A DNA stretch of 64,000 nucleotides from an uncultured Bacteroidales bacterium (lineage in GTDB: Bacteria; Bacteroidota; Bacteroidia; Bacteroidales; GCA-2748055). The translations under genes and the position numbers were made by a program. How positions within the stretch are numbered: position 1 is the stretch's first letter; each line of letters opens with the position of its first letter. The stretch spans positions 451,116 to 515,115 of the forward strand of contig CAVXSF010000009.1 in assembly GCA_963764345.1 (NCBI GenBank). Reading direction: 5' to 3'. Below the pieces are notes generated by a model. The model worked only from the letters and a program-made list of their open reading frames with translations, was not told the origin of the DNA and searched no databases. This document shows, piece after piece, positions 39,812 to 49,889 of this stretch.

Positions 39812-40111
39812 AACTGACGACCTCAAATGCCTTTTAAGCATCCTCCTCTCTTTTAAACACAACTCACACCACCAAAAAGGGAATCCCGGCCACCGGGTAT
39901 GTTGTGGACCCCCATTTTGCACAACCTCCTGTATCAGCCTGACAACCGATGATCATGATGTACCTGCCCTGCAGAGATCGCCTGGATAGTCTTCATACAA
40001 ATTGTTTTTTAAAGAAATTATTCTTTATTTAGTATTACGCATATGGATACCGACCCACGTTTTGAGAGATGCATACTATTTTGAAATAAGTTCTTCCACA
40101 AAAGCTTTATC

Positions 40112-40993
40112 ATGATAAAGACAGCCTTTCTGACAGTCCTAATATTATTTACTTTTCTCCTGGTATCAGCGCAGGACAGCATTTATTACTACGGGGGGGA
40201 CTACCGGCAGGTAACGGGTTTTTCAGAAGCAAGATTCATGGAAAGGATCCATACCAGGTCACCTAAAGTTCATATCATAAAATATTTCGAACGGGAAGAT
40301 GATACATGGAAACCTCAGCCCAGACGTAAAGTAAAAACGGTAAAAAAAGGTGAACAGGTTATAACGATCAGCAACAAGTTATTGGATCCTGAAATCATTC
40401 ACCGTTACTACCAGGAAGTTTCACCCGGATTGTATTCCTTCAGGGAATACCAAAGGGATGACCTTATCCGGGAAGGCAGCGCCACCCGTTTGGTTCCACT
40501 CCTGCTGGAAGATACGGTTAAGGAGTATTATAAAACGGGTCAGATCAGGACACTTGCACTGTATCATAACAACCAGATGCTGGGTAATCAGAACTGGCTC
40601 CGGGATGGCTCAGCCTATATCGACAATATTTTTTATGCCGCCGATGACGTCCCTGAGTATTCAAAAGGCAACGGTTATTTCAGTCAGTATATTCTCGCAG
40701 GCCTGAAAAAATCGGGGATGGATCTCACCCAGTACAGCGACAAAATCATCCTGGGCTGGGTGATTACCGAAAAGGGCGAGCTTACCGGGGTCCATGTGGT
40801 CTACGGGAAATCGATGGAGCTGAACCGGTTTATGGTAAAACTGGTGGCCACACTGCCCGGTGAATGGGTACCTGCCATCCTGAACGGTAAAAAGGTCAGG
40901 TACTACATGACGATCCCCTTCAATTTCGGGGAGCCTACCCGTTATTTTGATAATCTGCAGTTAAACAATATCGGACAGCTGGACTGGAACTAA
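40112..40993 (+). CDS. secreted protein with a MORN/YwqK-like repeat and a TonB C-terminal-like domain
   Basis: Signal peptide, a central KEYYKTGQIRTLALYHNNQMLG repeat and a C-terminus (PEYSKGNGYFSQYI...GWVITEKGELTGVHVV...PAILNGKKVRYYMTIPFNF) resembling TonB_C. Confidence 0.5.
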   Translation: MIKTAFLTVLILFTFLLVSAQDSIYYYGGDYRQVTGFSEARFMERIHTRSPKVHIIKYFEREDDTWKPQPRRKVKTVKKGEQVITISNKLLDPEIIHRYYQEVSPGLYSFREYQRDDLIREGSATRLVPLLLEDTVKEYYKTGQIRTLALYHNNQMLGNQNWLRDGSAYIDNIFYAADDVPEYSKGNGYFSQYILAGLKKSGMDLTQYSDKIILGWVITEKGELTGVHVVYGKSMELNRFMVKLVATLPGEWVPAILNGKKVRYYMTIPFNFGEPTRYFDNLQLNNIGQLDWN

Positions 40994-41149
40994 ATTCCGG
41001 GTGCAACGTGTATGTCATAAAATAAATCCATCGATTCGCCGTGCAGTAATGCCGAAGAGTACAGAAATCGAAAATGGAAAAGATCGCGACAGCCTTTTTG
41101 TCCTTTTGCTGAGCAGATCATTTGCCGGATTTCTGATCATCCATCACAG

Positions 41150-41887
41150 TTATAAATCTATTTTAAGTGTATTTGAAATCGGGTATAAAGAGGTAATGAT
41201 ATTCTTGTATCCCGATTCATAACCGTTCGCCACGCACAAAGTGACATAAAACTCTCCGCCTTCCGGATAGAACTTTTGTCGTGCAACATCCAGAGCATTA
41301 CCAACAGAGGAACCTCCTGATATCTTTGACCCGAATATGTAAACCGATTGCCAGATAAAATTTTGGTCGATATTTTCCATGCTATATCCGGAAGATTTTG
41401 AAAAAGCCAGGACGAGATTTATAGCATATTCTCCTTTCAGAGAATCATTGAGAGTATAAGTATATTGCAATTCACCCTCTTCATCGAGGGATATTTCACA
41501 TGTCTTAAAAATAAAATCAGGAATCTCATACATTGTGGCGTCCAGGAATCGTGATTCATCTCCACCCAAAAGTGAGATACTATTCGTCACAGTTCCAAAA
41601 CCTGCTTTGCGGAAGGTAACCTCATACGAGCCACTCCAAAGGTCATTAATTTTGTAATGGCCATATTCATTGGTAGATCCTGAAGCTTTAACACCCTTAT
41701 TCATCAGGTTTTCAGTGGCATCAACCCTGACCCCGCGTTGTTCCGGGACGTTTTGACCATTCACACTGACCAGTTCGACATTCCCTTCCAGGCTGCCTTC
41801 CAGTCCGTTTTTGTCATTTTTGGAACAGCTTGCCAAACAAAAAATACACAAGGAAAAATACAGAAAGTTTTTCATAACAACTGACAA
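41150..41887 (-). CDS. lipoprotein paralog 3 (CarboxypepD_reg-like domain + unknown C-domain)
   Basis: Lipobox LASC and the motif NEYGHYKINDLWSGSYEVTFRKAGFG. It is the third of three tandem similar genes. Confidence 0.7.
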   Translation of the reverse strand: MSVVMKNFLYFSLCIFCLASCSKNDKNGLEGSLEGNVELVSVNGQNVPEQRGVRVDATENLMNKGVKASGSTNEYGHYKINDLWSGSYEVTFRKAGFGTVTNSISLLGGDESRFLDATMYEIPDFIFKTCEISLDEEGELQYTYTLNDSLKGEYAINLVLAFSKSSGYSMENIDQNFIWQSVYIFGSKISGGSSVGNALDVARQKFYPEGGEFYVTLCVANGYESGYKNIITSLYPISNTLKIDL

Positions 41888-41888
41888 A

Positions 41889-42614
41889 TTAATTTAAGGT
41901 AAATTCAACGACTTCCGAGCCACTCTCAGGGTCTATTCCATAATATACCATTGCACCGGTCACCGGATCCGGTTGGTTGAAAGAGTTGGTGAAATCCAGA
42001 TTCACAGACCAATTAGCCATGTATACCCGTGCATAAAGATGCTGACCTTTACTGAAAACAGGCTTTTCCAGCTGAAAGCCAGTGTTCCTGAAAATCCAAT
42101 GATACCGGTTCCATGCTACATCAGGCTTTTCAGAGATAAAAAGATACGGAATTAATTGCGGAGAATATTGAGGATCCGTTTCAATCGTAACTGTTCCAGT
42201 CCAACCGGCAGACTCATTATCGAAATAACCCGGCATAAAGGGCTCAACCGTGATGCCGGCACTAATCACCTTCATGTCTTCAACAGGGAAAAGAGTGAAT
42301 CTGCTTATATAATAATTTTCATTTCCACCGATGACGGAAAGGCCTTTCAGGGTTCCTGTTAAATAGCCTTCCTTCTGAAAAGTAAGGTTATAGGTCCCGG
42401 TTTTGATCCCGTCAAGGATGAAAGAACCATCACTCTCACTATAGGTTGTCCTTGAAGACTTTCCGGATCTGGCTGTTATTGTAACACCCGAATTATCGGT
42501 GATCCCAAGCCTTACAAACCCGGTTACCGATGCCTCCATCAGGTCGGGTTCTTTTCTACAACCCTCAATTAAAACAATTGTAAAGACTACCAAAAATATG
42601 AGTTTCATTTTCAT
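41889..42614 (-). CDS. lipoprotein paralog 2 (CarboxypepD_reg-like domain + unknown C-domain)
   Basis: Lipobox IEGC and the motif SESDGSFILDGIKTGTYNLTFQKEGYL. It is separated by 15 nt from the upstream paralog and 1 nt from the downstream paralog. Confidence 0.7.
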   Translation of the reverse strand: MKMKLIFLVVFTIVLIEGCRKEPDLMEASVTGFVRLGITDNSGVTITARSGKSSRTTYSESDGSFILDGIKTGTYNLTFQKEGYLTGTLKGLSVIGGNENYYISRFTLFPVEDMKVISAGITVEPFMPGYFDNESAGWTGTVTIETDPQYSPQLIPYLFISEKPDVAWNRYHWIFRNTGFQLEKPVFSKGQHLYARVYMANWSVNLDFTNSFNQPDPVTGAMVYYGIDPESGSEVVEFTLN

Positions 42615-42629
42615 AATGATAATGTATTT

Positions 42630-43388
42630 TTAAAGTACGGTAATGGTATCGGTTGCCAGCACATCACTCTTATTGATCAGGATTTCGCCATCCTGGCTTT
42701 TATAGATATCTCTGACCGAATTGCTGTTATCCTCACTGGCTCTTAAGGTCATTTCCACCTTTGCTCCTGCACTGAAATATCTGCTTAAATCAGGCAACCC
42801 GCTATAGACAGTATCTGTAGAATTGCATGTGAAAGACTGATAGTTACCCGGTTCCGTATTGTATATCCTTCCATAATAATGCTCCAGGGTACTATCGGTT
42901 TCGATATCCCTGAAAGAAGTGTTTATGTTAATATGGTACGACATGATTCCGCCGGCAGGCCATCCGTCATCAGCAAACGAAAGATACACTCTGCCAGGCT
43001 CGGCAGGATCGTAATGAAAATAGTCAAGTTGATGGTCAAACTTTTTGATGACAAAGAAATAACCGGCATTCGTCCTTTCCCACATCAGCCATTGGCGGCC
43101 CCATGTTTCAGCAGCAATATAACCTTCCCTCGAAAAAAGAATGGAATAGGTTCCGGTCGGGACATCCGGTATTTCCCAATGTCCTGAATCATCGGAAACA
43201 GTTTCAAAGGTTACATTGCCGCTTTTAAGCTCAACCTTTACCCGGTTCAACGAGTCTCTCAAACCAAATTCGTTAAAGGTTTCAGCAACTCCGTAAGCAG
43301 TATTTTTGCGGTAAATTGCCTCTTCATCGGTTTTGGAACAGGCAATCAGTATGAAACCAGCCAACAGTAAGGGTAAAAATCGTTTCAT
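42630..43388 (-). CDS. lipoprotein paralog 1 (CarboxypepD_reg-like domain + unknown C-domain)
   Basis: Lipobox LIAC and the motif SDDSGHWEIPDVPTGTYSILFSREGYI. It is the first gene of the triplet. Confidence 0.7.
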   Translation of the reverse strand: MKRFLPLLLAGFILIACSKTDEEAIYRKNTAYGVAETFNEFGLRDSLNRVKVELKSGNVTFETVSDDSGHWEIPDVPTGTYSILFSREGYIAAETWGRQWLMWERTNAGYFFVIKKFDHQLDYFHYDPAEPGRVYLSFADDGWPAGGIMSYHININTSFRDIETDSTLEHYYGRIYNTEPGNYQSFTCNSTDTVYSGLPDLSRYFSAGAKVEMTLRASEDNSNSVRDIYKSQDGEILINKSDVLATDTITVL

Positions 43389-44106
43389 TCGAAAATAGTT
43401 TATTTAGGTTATTGATCTCATAGACTGTCCCTCTACAGCGGGAGAATTTCCAATCACCAGGCTTCCTGATTTAAGCATAAGCTACTCCCTTTGGTCGTGA
43501 GATCGTTTCGCTAAGTTTATGTCCGATCGTGCCACCTCCATCTATATTTATCTTCGTGGTATGGAAGTTCCTTTTTGTATCGTTGAAATTCTTGAAGATC
43601 AGCCTTCGTATTTTAAAGTTAATAAAAAATCTTTTTTTACAAATAAAATCCCCAATCGGAAATTCTGAAACGGAAGCTTAGGAAGGAAGACTTATATCAA
43701 CTGATTATTCTACTGTAGCTTACCCATAATTCACAGCCATTTTCATTCGTCAAAAAAGCTTTGGTGCTGAGACCTTAACTCCCGGTACACCGATAATCTG
43801 AATGGATTATCTGCCCTGCAAGGAGTCATAACTGAAAAGAAAGACAAAATGGAATTTACGTAAGGCTTGAACAATTTACCTTCGTTATTGTAATATGTAG
43901 TATCAATTTGGTTTTTTACAATGAATCGTTCATTATTTATATCACCTCGTACGCCCGTTTAAATGCGATAAATGTGCAATTGATGTTCAATAAGCTTAAT
44001 ATCCTCAAATTAGGTATTTTGTGTTTTCTAATTGTTTACATAATTACATACCTTTACCCATATGAACACAACTCTTTCATTTACTAATAAAAAAAACCAA
44101 AAAAAC

Positions 44107-44673
44107 ATGAAAAGGAAATTTTCACTTGGCTTTCTCCTGGTATTTCTCTCAGCTGCCCTTATGGCACAGGATCCTATGTTCTCACAGGGAGACAAAGTTT
44201 TGAACCTTGGAATCGGTTTCGGATCGGCTCTTTATTCAGGTTCATTCTATCATACTTCGGTACCAGCTTTATCAGCATCCTACGAAGTTGGAATTAAAGA
44301 TAATGTACTTGATGTCGGATCAATTGGCGTTGGAGGCTATCTCGGGTATTCAGCATTCAAATCAACTTACGATAATTATGGTACTTCCTACGGCTGGAAA
44401 ATTTCTAATCTGGTTATTGGTGCAAGAGGCGTTTTTCATTACCCGTTTCTGGACAAACTTGATACATATACCGGTATAATGTTAGGATTCAGAGTAGTCT
44501 CGAGTAAATACTATGGCACCGATTACGGCTTTAATTACTCCGGTTCCTCAAGTGGTGCTCAGTTTTCATGGTTCGCCGGCGGCCGTTACTATTTTACCGA
44601 TAATCTTGCCGGCTTACTTGAGGTAGGTTATGGTATCTCCTATCTAACCCTTGGTATTGCCCTGAAAATGTAA
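44107..44673 (+). CDS. small outer-membrane beta-barrel (OmpW/porin-like) protein
   Basis: Signal peptide MKRKFSLGFLLVFLSAALMAQ and a Gly/Tyr-rich alternating pattern. The likely start is the ATG at 44107 rather than 44062. Confidence 0.6.
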   Translation: MKRKFSLGFLLVFLSAALMAQDPMFSQGDKVLNLGIGFGSALYSGSFYHTSVPALSASYEVGIKDNVLDVGSIGVGGYLGYSAFKSTYDNYGTSYGWKISNLVIGARGVFHYPFLDKLDTYTGIMLGFRVVSSKYYGTDYGFNYSGSSSGAQFSWFAGGRYYFTDNLAGLLEVGYGISYLTLGIALKM

Positions 44674-44710
44674 GATATTTATAAGAAGAATGAATTTCTT
44701 TATCAGATAC

Positions 44711-44738
44711 AGACCGGGACTTTCCCGGTCTTTTTTTT
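44711..44738 (+). terminator. rho-independent terminator
   Basis: Stem agaccggg / cccggtct with loop acttt, followed by a T7 run. A second weaker hairpin lies at about 44748..44776. Confidence 0.7.
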
Positions 44739-45071
44739 CAGAAAAAAAGGGTCTTCTTCCGAAGAAGAAAACCCTTTTCCAACCTGAGACTATTTCCCCA
44801 AAAATAAACCTAAAAAAACAATGCATCTACTCTCACACGCTACTAAATTATACAGATTTACCTAAATTACTTTCTTAATCTTAATCCTGCTCTTGCCATC
44901 TTCCTCCAGTTACTATAAAAGGTCTGATTTTATATACCTTTTGAGAGTGCAACTTACATCAAAAAAAAAATCAAGTCAAATTTATTCAGTCTAAATAAAT
45001 GCTAAATAATGCGGACAGAGAAAGTCCTGCAATTGCTGAGCGGCGTGGCCTCACAATCAATTGCCCGATAG

Positions 45072-46082
45072 TTAAGTATGACTGTCCGGGAAAATGAGTC
45101 TGGCTTCCTGTAACAGCTGGCTGCGGTTTACCGGAACGACACCGGAGTGTTCACAGACCTGTCCGCCGGCAAGATTTGAGAGTACGGCAGTCTGAAGCGG
45201 CGACAGGTTCTCACCGACGCAGAGCGCAGCCAGACTTACCACCGTGTCTCCGGCACCGGAGACATCTGCAATATCACGTACCTCAGCAGAAATATGATGA
45301 CATTCGCTGCGGTCAGCGATCATGATACCCTGTTCGGAAAGGGTAACCATAACCATACGATGATTACCGGATTTTCTGAGTTTCTGTATGGCTCCGGCAA
45401 TTTTCTTCAGATCGGTCTTTTGAATATCGGCTTTCAGACCTTCATTCAGCTCCTTGAAATTAGGCTTAAACAGGGCTGCATCCTTAAAATTCAGGAAATT
45501 TCTTCTTTTTGGATCGACAAGTACGGGGATGTCCAGGCTATTGGCCAGGTTGATGACAGCCTTGATGAGGGAAGGTGTAATAACGCCCTTGTCATAATCC
45601 TGAAAAATGATGGAGTGGATATTTTTATCCTCAATGAAGCTGCTGATAAAATCGAGCATGCGCAGCTCCGATTCTGAGGATACCGGTTTATCCATTTCCT
45701 CATCCACCCGCAAAAGATGCTGGTTATTGCTGATAATTCTTGTCTTCTGTGTGGTGACCCTCTCATGATCAACTATAATGCCGACATCACTAAGGTTTTG
45801 TTCACCAAGCAGGTCCAGGAATTCCTGTCCGCGAAGATCACTGCCAATTACAGAGCATAATATAGGTACGGCTCCCATAGCCTTTATGTTCAGAGCAACA
45901 TTCGCCGCACCTCCAAGTCGTTTTTCAACTAAAATATCCGAAACGACGGGCACGGGTGCTTCGGGAGAAATCCGCCTGACCCTGCCCCACAGATAAGAGT
46001 CGATCATGACATCCCCGATGATAAGGACCTTTTGCCGGGTGAATTGGTCAAACAGTGTTTCCAGATCAGGACTTTCAAACAT
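45072..46082 (-). CDS. rfaE: D-glycero-beta-D-manno-heptose-7-phosphate kinase (RfaE domain I, PfkB family)
   Basis: 336 aa. Motifs are VLIIGDVMIDSYLWG.V.RISPEAPVPVV, GGAANVA and the C-terminal DVSGAGDTV. Confidence 0.8.
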   Translation of the reverse strand: MFESPDLETLFDQFTRQKVLIIGDVMIDSYLWGRVRRISPEAPVPVVSDILVEKRLGGAANVALNIKAMGAVPILCSVIGSDLRGQEFLDLLGEQNLSDVGIIVDHERVTTQKTRIISNNQHLLRVDEEMDKPVSSESELRMLDFISSFIEDKNIHSIIFQDYDKGVITPSLIKAVINLANSLDIPVLVDPKRRNFLNFKDAALFKPNFKELNEGLKADIQKTDLKKIAGAIQKLRKSGNHRMVMVTLSEQGIMIADRSECHHISAEVRDIADVSGAGDTVVSLAALCVGENLSPLQTAVLSNLAGGQVCEHSGVVPVNRSQLLQEARLIFPDSHT

Positions 46083-46129
46083 ACCGGTAATTCATTTTAT
46101 CGGTTTATTAATCCGACAAATATAAAGTT

Positions 46130-48595
46130 TTACATCGGATCAACGTCAATGCTGATTCTTACTTTTTTAAAGCTATCGAATTGATAACATTCGTCCACAG
46201 CCTCCTGCAGAAGTTTCCTGGCCCGGGTAAAAGAGGATTTCTTCTCGACTTTCAGGATGATCTGATTAAGATAAAGATTTTTAATCCGGCCAATCACAGG
46301 GGGTTGCGGACCCAGAACCCGTCTTCCGAAAATTTTCCGGAGTTTTATTGCCAGCTCATTGGCTGCCGTGTCGGCACTTTCCTTCTCCCGTCCTTTGATC
46401 ACTAGTTTGATGAGCCTGACGAAGGGCGGATAGGCAAATGCCTGTCTTTCCATGATCTGGTCCCGGTAGAGACCTTCGAAGTCATTATTTATTACATATC
46501 GGATGACAGGATGCGACGGATCCGAGGTCTGGATGATCACCTTCCCTCTTTCTTTTTTTCTCCCGGCTCTTCCACTCACCTGGGACATGAGCTGAAAGCT
46601 TCTCTCAAAAGCCCTGAAATCAGGAAAATTAAGCATCTGGTCGGCATTCAGGATTCCGACAAGAGCCACATTCTCAAAATCAAGCCCTTTGGAAAGCATC
46701 TGTGTTCCTGCAAGAATATTATATCGTCCGGCCGCAAAACCTTCAAGAATGTTCTCATAGGCTTTCCTCGAACGGGATGTGTCGAGATCGAGCCGGGCCA
46801 CCCTGACGCCCGGGATATGCAAAGAGATCTCATCCTCCACAAGTTCGGTTCCGAAACCCCGGGTGACCATTCCGGTGCCCTGACATTCATCACACTGATG
46901 AGGGATCCTGACCGAATACCCGCAGTAATGACAGATCAGCCGTTCTTCATAACGGTGATACGTCAGGCTGACATCACATTTTTCACACCTGGGAATCCAT
47001 CCGCAGTTATTACATTGAAGGAAAGAAGAGTAACCCCGCCGGTTCTGGAAGAGGATGATCTGTTTTCCGGCAGCCAGGGTCTCGTCAACAGCCTTTAAGA
47101 GCATTGGGGTGAATACCGATATCATCTCCCTCTTTCGCCTGGCTTTGCTCACATCGGCCACCAGGATCTCTGGCATGAGAACGTCGCCGAATCTCCCGGT
47201 GAGCCTGGCCAGTCCGTATTTATGGCTGAGGCAGTTTGAATAGGTTTCAACCGATGGGGTAGCTGTTCCCATGAGGACTTTTGCGCCATGAAGCGAAGCC
47301 AGCATCACAGCAGCATCCCGGGCATGGTATCTGGGAGCCGGATCGTGCTGTTTAAAAGTATTCTCATGTTCCTCATCGATGATGATCAGTCCCAGGTCCT
47401 GAAAGGGCAGGAAAATGGCCGACCTGACACCGAGGATCAGCCTGTACTGCTTTTCATTTTTTTGCCTGAGGCGCATATATACTTCAACCCGTTCCGAATC
47501 ACTGAATTTACTGTGGTAGATGCCAACCATATCTCCGAATACGCGTCGCAGGCGTTCCACGATCTGCGAAGTAAGCGCAATTTCCGGCAGTAGATAAAGA
47601 ACCTGCTTACCGGCATCCAGGTATTCCCTGATAAGGTGAATATAGATCTCCGTTTTCCCACTTGAAGTGACCCCGTGCAGAAGAACCACATTTTTGTCCC
47701 TGAAACTTTCGGTGATGGTGTTATACGCCTCCTGTTGACTGTCGTTCAGTATATTGGGGGGTATGGTGTTCCGATCATAGACGGTCAGGCGTCCGGAAAT
47801 TTTCCTGGTTTTTAACAGGATTTTTTTTCTGATCAGGCTGTTAATAGCAGAAACATCAAAGCGCGGCCTCAACGAGGAAAGTGGGATGTCAACCGGCCGT
47901 ATTATGCCGTCGTCATTCATGGAGAGCAAAAGGATCTCGTTCATGACCTCCTTTTGCCGGTAGGCTCGCGACAGTCTGTCAAGAAGGTCATGAACAGCCT
48001 CACGGTCTGTGTAAGCTGGCTGAAGGGAAACAAACGTTTCCATCCGGGGTTTATAGCTGTCTTTAAGTCTTTCCTCGATGTAAACTGCACCGTCTTCCAT
48101 CAGCTTTCGTACCGCACGGTGGACATCCTTCCTGCCGGTTATCCTGGAAAGGTCTCCGACCGACAGTCCGTTGTTTTCAGAAATCACTTTCAGAACCAGG
48201 CTGCCTTCTTCATCGATATCCTCTTCATAATATTCATTGACAAGGATTCGCGATTCACTTTCAAGTTTCAGTCCCGATGGCAATGCTGCCTTATAAATCT
48301 CTCCGGCTGTACACATATAATAATCAGCCATCCATTCCCAGAATCTAAACTGGACAGAATTGATCAGCGGCTGATCATCAAGTATAAACTGAATCGTTTT
48401 GATATGATCCGGTTCAGGGGTAGTATGATGAAGGGAATGTACGAGCCCGGTATACATTTTTCGTTGGCCAAACTGTACGATTACCCGTTTCCCCTGTTGA
48501 ATCTCTTTCTGAAGATTTTCCGGCACCCTGTAGGTATAGGTTTGCCGCACCGGCAGTGGAAGTATGATCTCGGCGAACAGCATCCTATTGTTCAT
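46130..48595 (-). CDS. priA: primosomal replication-restart helicase PriA
   Basis: 821 aa. It has Walker A (HGVTSSGKTEIY), DEEH, a zinc-binding Cys cluster (C..CG....C..C...LTYH.......C.YCG) and helicase motif VI. Confidence 0.95.
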   Translation of the reverse strand: MNNRMLFAEIILPLPVRQTYTYRVPENLQKEIQQGKRVIVQFGQRKMYTGLVHSLHHTTPEPDHIKTIQFILDDQPLINSVQFRFWEWMADYYMCTAGEIYKAALPSGLKLESESRILVNEYYEEDIDEEGSLVLKVISENNGLSVGDLSRITGRKDVHRAVRKLMEDGAVYIEERLKDSYKPRMETFVSLQPAYTDREAVHDLLDRLSRAYRQKEVMNEILLLSMNDDGIIRPVDIPLSSLRPRFDVSAINSLIRKKILLKTRKISGRLTVYDRNTIPPNILNDSQQEAYNTITESFRDKNVVLLHGVTSSGKTEIYIHLIREYLDAGKQVLYLLPEIALTSQIVERLRRVFGDMVGIYHSKFSDSERVEVYMRLRQKNEKQYRLILGVRSAIFLPFQDLGLIIIDEEHENTFKQHDPAPRYHARDAAVMLASLHGAKVLMGTATPSVETYSNCLSHKYGLARLTGRFGDVLMPEILVADVSKARRKREMISVFTPMLLKAVDETLAAGKQIILFQNRRGYSSFLQCNNCGWIPRCEKCDVSLTYHRYEERLICHYCGYSVRIPHQCDECQGTGMVTRGFGTELVEDEISLHIPGVRVARLDLDTSRSRKAYENILEGFAAGRYNILAGTQMLSKGLDFENVALVGILNADQMLNFPDFRAFERSFQLMSQVSGRAGRKKERGKVIIQTSDPSHPVIRYVINNDFEGLYRDQIMERQAFAYPPFVRLIKLVIKGREKESADTAANELAIKLRKIFGRRVLGPQPPVIGRIKNLYLNQIILKVEKKSSFTRARKLLQEAVDECYQFDSFKKVRISIDVDPM

Positions 48596-48796
48596 CTCCT
48601 GGTTAAATCAGAATTCAGGTAAAGGTAGTGATTTGGTCTGTAATGAAGAAGGAGGTCCCCAACCTGCCGGGAAAAAAGAAGGACCTTCCGGCCGCAACCG
48701 GGGTATGTGGTGCAAAGTAAAACACAGACGCTGTATACTCCGGTCAGGCTGACCGGATCCCGGTGTCAATCCGGTAAAAACCGCTCTCCCCGAAAA

Positions 48797-49780
48797 TCAG
48801 ACAGAGAGTATCTCGGCCATTTCAAGGATAGATGAATCAACATTTTTATGCATCTTGATCACCTTGCTGAACGGTACATTGATAATCTCATTGTCCTTCA
48901 TTCCCACCATGACACTTTTCTGGTCATCCAGGAGTGCATCAACAGCATAATAGCCAAACTTACTGGCTATAACACGGTCATAAGCCGATGGCGTGCCGCC
49001 ACGTTGAATATGGCCAAGAATGGATACCCTGACATCATACTCATTGAAGTCATCCTTCACTTTTTCGGCAATAGCCATGGCCCCGCCTTCTTCTTCCCCT
49101 TCGGCAACGATAATGATGTTGCTCGATTTTTTCCTTTTAAACCCTTTTTCCAGGTAATCTTTCAGACCTTCTACCTGATTTTTGACTTCCGGTATGAAAA
49201 TGGCTTCCGCACCGCAGGCAATACCACTATGGACAGCAATAAATCCCGCGTCGCGCCCCATCACCTCAATAAAAAAGAGACGGTTATGACTGCTGGCCGT
49301 ATCTCTTATCTTATCCACAGCCTCAACAACTGTGTTAAGTGCCGTATCATACCCGATCGTATATTCGGTTCCGTAAATATCATTATCAATGGTTCCGGGA
49401 ATACCGATAAATGGAATGTCATAGTACTCATCACAGAAAACCCTTGCCCCGGTGAGAGAACCATCACCCCCGATCACGACAACAGCCTCAATGCCTTCTT
49501 TTTTAAGATTGTCGTAGGCCATTTTGCGACCAGCAGGTGTGCGAAATTCCTGGCTTCTGGCCGTCTTGAGGATGGTACCTCCGCGCTGCAGGATATCGCT
49601 CACGCTGTAGGATCTGAGTTCCTTGAAATGGCCATGGATCATTCCATGATAGCCATGCCTGATCCCAACAACCTGCATTTTATTGAAGATTGCCGTACGT
49701 ACAACAGCCCTGATAGCTGCATTCATACCCGGAGAATCACCTCCGGAAGTCAGAATTCCGATTCGTTTAATTTTTCCCAT
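48797..49780 (-). CDS. pfkA: ATP-dependent 6-phosphofructokinase
   Basis: 327 aa. Motifs are IGILTSGGDSPGMNAAIR, VIGGDGS, GIPGTIDND and MGR..G.IA. Confidence 0.95.
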   Translation of the reverse strand: MGKIKRIGILTSGGDSPGMNAAIRAVVRTAIFNKMQVVGIRHGYHGMIHGHFKELRSYSVSDILQRGGTILKTARSQEFRTPAGRKMAYDNLKKEGIEAVVVIGGDGSLTGARVFCDEYYDIPFIGIPGTIDNDIYGTEYTIGYDTALNTVVEAVDKIRDTASSHNRLFFIEVMGRDAGFIAVHSGIACGAEAIFIPEVKNQVEGLKDYLEKGFKRKKSSNIIIVAEGEEEGGAMAIAEKVKDDFNEYDVRVSILGHIQRGGTPSAYDRVIASKFGYYAVDALLDDQKSVMVGMKDNEIINVPFSKVIKMHKNVDSSILEMAEILSV

Positions 49781-49889
49781 TTAAAAGCATTTTAAAAAAC
49801 CATTATACCAATAATGATCAGCACTTTATTGAGCCTGCAAAGTAAACTCAAAAAAAAATAGCGTCACAATATTCAAAGATATTTTTTGT

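Noticed and set aside
39900-39990. 30-codon minus-strand ORF (MIIGCQADTGGCAKWGSTTYPVAGIPFLVV) after osmC
   Set aside because: It is too short and has no supporting context. It cannot be distinguished from chance without expression data.
43660-43700. cggaag...ggaaggaag, reminiscent of the SRP RNA conserved loop
   Set aside because: The symmetric helix-8 pairing partner and the GNAR tetraloop context are absent.
29097-44700. Genomic island integrated at tRNA-Pro
   Set aside because: I found no integrase, no direct repeat of the tRNA 3' end, and no mobility genes. In addition, the accessory genes lie on the 5' side of the tRNA rather than at its 3' end.
45005-45071. gaaagtcc motif reminiscent of the RNase P RNA conserved region
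   Set aside because: Only 8 nt match. The surrounding ~300 nt are AT-rich and too short and unstructured for a type A RNase P RNA.
47954-48622. 222-aa ORF on the plus strand
   Set aside because: It is antisense to the N-terminal region of priA. It is a shadow ORF.
48848-49795. 315-aa ORF on the plus strand
   Set aside because: It is exactly antisense to the unambiguous pfkA gene and has low-complexity, motif-free sequence. It is a shadow ORF.
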